NCBI GenBank assembly: GCA_002269645.1 | Contig: NIVC01002844.1 | Location: 1 to 64,000, forward strand | Source: Macrostomum lignano | Lineage: Eukaryota | Direction: 5' to 3' | Length of the DNA stretch: 64,000 nt | In this document: in pieces, positions 59,975-64,000 of the stretch | How the letters are laid out: the number at the start of each line of letters is the position of its first letter | How positions within the stretch are numbered: the stretch's first letter is position 1 | Position numbers and translations under genes: made by a program | The notes under the pieces: generated by a model | The model's database searches: none | Seen by the model: the letters and a program-made list of their open reading frames with translations, nothing else | What the model was told of the DNA's origin: nothing

Positions 59975-60506
59975 AATGCCTGTTGCCCAGCTTCATCTGC
60001 GAGTGCAAGGTGTTTATCCACCCGAATGCCTGTTATCTCTGCCGAGTGCGGGGTGTTTATCCACCCGAATGCCTGTTATCTCTGCCGAGTGCGGGGTGTT
60101 TATCCACCCGAATGCCTGTTATCTCTGCCGAGTGCGGGGTGTTTATCCACCCGAATGCCTGTTATCTCTGCCGAGTGCGGAGTGTTTGTCCACCCGAATG
60201 CCTGTTATCTCTGCCGAGTGCGGGGTGTTTATCCACCCGAATGCCTGTTATCTCTGCCGAGTGCGGGGTGTTTATCCACCCGAATGCCTGTTATCTCTGC
60301 CGAGTGCGGGGTGTTTATCCACCCGAATGCCTGTTATCTCTGCCGAGTGCGGGGTGTTTATCCACCCGAATGCCTGTTATCTCTGCCGGGTGCGGAGTGT
60401 TTGTCCACCCGAATGCCTGTTATCTCTGCCGAGTGCGGAGTGTTTGTCCACCCGAATGCCTGTTATCTCTGCCGAGTGCGGAGTGTTTGTCCACCCGAAT
60501 GCCTGT
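59975..60506. repeat. 43-bp minisatellite (~12 copies)
   Basis: Unit gaatgcctgttatctctgccgagtgcggggtgtttatccaccc. Confidence 0.96.
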
Positions 60507-61230
60507 AGCCCAGCTGCATCTCCGCTCCGCATGCGCAGTTGCCCATATTGATAATGCTGATGGCAGATCCTCATTCAGATTGTTTATCTCTCTCCGCTCG
60601 TGTTGCTTCTCGAATCTCCGCTAAGCTCTTCCGTGCTTTTTTTAAATGCTCTGATTTTTCACACATTTTAGCATTAACAACAAATATATTCGTATAATAT
60701 ATACTATACTCATTTTACTGCTAATACTGCTTGGCTCTTTATACCTGCAGACTTTGCGTGTGCTGAACTGGTGAGCTGATCTGCTTTAATCTTCACTGAT
60801 GGGCTGTGGGTGACGGACCTCACCAATAACGCGTCTACTTCATTTAAGTACAAAGAAAGTTGCATAGCAGGAGTTAGTAAATTCATAATTATTGTATATA
60901 TTTGTATTGGAAATACAGGTGCAATTCAATCTACTAATGAATTAATTCATCTAGGGAGTACACATGGTAATAACTTTGGTGAGCGACTGCAGCTGTACAG
61001 GCAGAACTTCGGTGGGACAGTCGGGCATTTACAAACAGGAGCAGCTGATTGACATTGAACTCACAAAATCTTTTGCTTATTATTGAATAGCTCTGGCTGT
61101 CGGGGCCTCTGAACACGACTATCCTGCAGTGAGAAAACTGTTGCCAATGCAACCAGAGTCTAGCATTAAACGGCTCTGAATATGTGCTTTTTACTAATAT
61201 CTTGATGTGGAACTGCCCTCTAGGGTGAAC

Positions 61231-61900
61231 GGGCAAGGTCTCTAAATATGAAGCTGGCCTCCAAGGGGCGGGCAAGATCTCTAGATGTGAAGCTGGCCTC
61301 CAAGGGGCGGGCAAGGTCTCTAGATGTGAAGCTGGCCTCCAAGGGGCGGGCAAACGGGGGGCCGTAGCCCAGCGGTAGCGCAGCTGCTCTGGTGTGCCAG
61401 CGACCCAGGCTCAATTCCAAGTGCAGTCACATTAATTTGGGGCTGAATTGGAATCTCGGCTTGGCTCTGCTCGTGCAATTAACGGTCTTGAGAGCCAACC
61501 CCCCCCCCAAGGCGCAGTGAAGTGTACATGCCTAACGATAAAATAAAGTTAGGGCCGCTGTACACTCCTGTGTGAGTGTGTGCCTGCGTACGTATCCGCG
61601 CGCTTGTGTGCCTGCTAAGGGGAGTCGGCGGAATGGGCAGTAATGCTTCTCGCCGGTTGTGTGCCTATGTCGCTTAAAGTGCGCCAGGGTGCACACAACC
61701 CCCTGCCTCTAATAAAAAAAGGGGCGGGCAAGGTCTCTAGATGTGAAGCTGGCCTCCAAGGGGCGGGAAAGATCTCTAGATGTGGACGCTCTCCTCCAAG
61801 GGGCGGGAAAGATCTCTAGATGTGAAGCTGACCTCCAAGAGGCGGGCAAGGTCTCTAGATGTGAAGCTGGCCTCCAAGGTCTCTAGATGTGGACGCTGGC
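61231..61900. repeat. 39-bp tandem repeat interrupted by a SINE
   Basis: Unit aagctggcctccaaggggcgggcaaggtctctagatgtg on both sides of 61354-61718. Confidence 0.9.
61354..61718 (+). mobile_element. tRNA-derived SINE with A-rich tail and 13-bp TSD
   Basis: Head ggggccgtagcccagcggtagcg (A box) ... ggctcaattcc (degenerate B box). Tail aataaaaaaa. Flanking duplication aaggggcgggcaa at 61341-61353 and 61719-61731. Confidence 0.8.
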
Positions 61901-63990
61901 CTCGACCACCGCGCTGCCGCAGTCGAATGTGGACGTGACGGCACCGACGGACGCGAAGGAGTCCGGCGTCACTGCGGCAAGTGGCGGCCTTCGCTTAGGC
62001 CGGCTCAGCCTCAAGCAGCTGTGGCGGCCTGTCGAGGGACTCGGGCCGGTCGCCGCCTGTCCGGCTGAGGTACTCGCTTCCCGGAGCTCGTCGACGCCTT
62101 CGCTTTGAGTTACCCTGGCCAGGCTGTCCGGCCGACGCCGCCGCCGCCACAGCCCGTGTCGCTGCAGGAGAAGCCGTAGCCGGCCAGCCGCCGAGCCTGA
62201 AGTTTTTCGGTCATACAGGGTGAAGTCAGGTGAACCCGGAGCCACATGGCTGAGCAACCTGGAGAAGCACGCGGTCCCCGCTTTATCCAGTTGCTACACA
62301 AACTCTTGGGCTCCGAAGCCAGCTTGACAAAGTGCAGCACAGGGACAACTAAAACTACCGGCACGCGAAACAAGCCAAATCATGGTGAAAAAGTTGGGGG
62401 CTCGTTTGAAAGCAGTTCTATGGCCGTTCCAACTACAACTCTGCAGTCTAAAGAGGTGTGAGGCCAAATAAAACGCCCTCAACTCTTGTGCGACTGGAAA
62501 ATGTCGAGAAAGTGCAGCGTCTTTAACTGCAGATCAAACTATAACTCAGAAGAAAGCCGAACAAAAATATTAGCTCTTCCTTGAGATGCACGAGAACGGG
62601 AGCGTTGGAGACAAACCCTAACAAATATTTTTGAGGTAAGAAGGATGTTAGTTCTAAGCGATCATACGCTGGTATTGCGTGGATGGCAGTATGAGTCGTC
62701 GGCTAACGAGTGTTTATTTTAAAGGCCTGGTAAAGCGCTCAACGAAGGTTGCACCTGCGCCGACTACATCGCACGACAGAAAGCTACGCAAACTGGGAGG
62801 CCAGTGAATTTGCGGTATAGTTTTTAGCATTCTGTCTTTGGAGTTTCAAATTTTCCAATCCGAAATCTTTCATATCTAGCTGCTCCTCATCTGGGTTCCT
62901 CCTAAAATTCGTTCTGTTTAGTCCTGATTTTCTGTGTTCTATTCTACGAGTACGAGTTGCCTTGTACTTTTGTACACACACTATTTCATGCTTTTAAACT
63001 TTTTTTTCTCTTGTGCTTATCTCACATGCTTAAATAAATGTAATTTTCGCTTAGTACCCCAGTTTTTCCTATACAGTATACAGGTCCCCGTATAAGTTCC
63101 TCCTCAAATAAGTTATGTTTAGTTCCGTTCCACAATATATACGCCATGCTAAGTTTAATCCTTTTCTTCGTGAATATCTTGCGTGTCTAATTGTATGTCA
63201 TTTTGCTCTGTACGGCCGTTTTTTAGTACTCAAAAAAACATATTTAAAACTGAATAAAAAAACTTTAAGACAACTTACTGAGCCTTTTAAAGCAAAACTA
63301 ATACTGTGGCCTTAGTCTTTTCAGCAGCTAAGCTAAGCATTTAATGCATGCAAAATCGGGCGCCCATAGACTCAAACGAGCCCCCAGCTTTTTTCGCCAT
63401 GATTTGGCTTGTTTCGCGTCCCGGTAGTTTAATTTGTCCGTGAGTGCAGCACGAATCACCGCAGAACTTGGCAACTTGCGCTAGCTGGGTCAATGTTTTT
63501 GTGTGTTAGTCATTGGCTTGGTTTGGTTAGTGATTTGTATTTTCGCTTTGCGACAATTAGAGCGGTAAAATAGTTTTGCAGTGCTTCGCGGCGTGACATG
63601 ATGGATTAGTAATTAGCACCAGATTAGAGATCCACTCTGTTCCTTTAATGACTAAATTAGAAATCCATTATGTTCCTCCGATGACTAAATTAGCAATCCA
63701 TTATGTTCATTGACTGTTCACCTGCAGTTTAAGACCGATCGCATCAAACCCTCCTCTATTTTATAACCCTATCAGGCGACTTTAGCAGTCACGTGACTGC
63801 TGGTCTTCTCCAAAACTTACGGGTTGCAGAGCGCCTCCCTCCAGACTCGACCGTCTCTCGACTGTCCCGGATGGCGAGTTGATAAAGATGCGGGGTCTCC
63901 GGGGTGAAAAGATGGGCTGGGGACCTGCTAGTCCGGGATTTGCGGGAAGAACGCACTGGGAATCAGGTTCTGAGTTCTCTTCCAGCCGAC
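61900..63990 (-). CDS. Candidate exons of an unidentified low-complexity protein (~63990-63821 and 62293-~61900)
   Basis: Two GC-rich open segments: ...ERRSSLEGGALQP|gtaag and tgtgtag|QLDKAGTACFSRLLSHVAPGSPDF..., both phase 0. No recognisable domain. Confidence 0.3.
62338..63442 (+). mobile_element. Non-autonomous P/Galileo-superfamily element with THAP relic, ~85-bp TIRs and 7-bp TSD
   Basis: Left cacagggacaactaaaactaccggcacgcgaaacaagccaaatcatggtgaaaaagttgggggctcgtttg matches the reverse complement of 63372-63442. TSD agtgcag at 62331-62337 and 63443-63449. At 62501 the sequence reads MSRKCSVFNCRSNYNS...LP*DARERERW, a THAP-like C-x4-C...P...W pattern. Confidence 0.8.
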
Positions 63991-64000
63991 TCTAAGCTTT

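Noticed and set aside
61356-61430. tRNA gene (also 13460-13515)
   Set aside because: Only A/B-box-like heads with no complete cloverleaf; followed by SINE bodies and tails.

Overview
Eukaryotic (animal) genomic DNA with spliceosomal introns, GC-rich exons, AT-rich introns full of minisatellites, and a (TTAGGG)n tract. The style suggests a free-living flatworm such as Macrostomum, which is an inference. There are no prokaryotic features and no CRISPR. The left 35 kb holds seven minus-strand, intronless copies of a gene for a ~245-aa secreted protein: signal peptide + PAN/Apple-like module + C-type lectin domain. Five are intact, one has a nonsense codon and one is transposon-disrupted. Their central core is almost identical at DNA level, while leader, N-module and ligand-binding C-module vary and occur in recombined (mosaic) combinations. 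A 7-exon Mx-like dynamin GTPase (~710 aa, atypical G4 motif, hydrophobic insert) is nested in this array on the + strand. Further right are an S1A serine protease, an orphan PH/PTB-like gene, a TSP1 + Caspr-type fibrinogen-like gene, and Bicaudal-D with a different minisatellite in almost every intron. Two tetraspan-like membrane genes lie at the left edge. Mobile DNA comprises decayed RTE and LOA-type LINEs, a Tc1 fragment, hAT MITEs, a THAP/P-type element and two tRNA-derived SINEs. Several frameshifts lie in homopolymers and may be assembly errors. All alignments and domain calls were made by eye, with no database searches.
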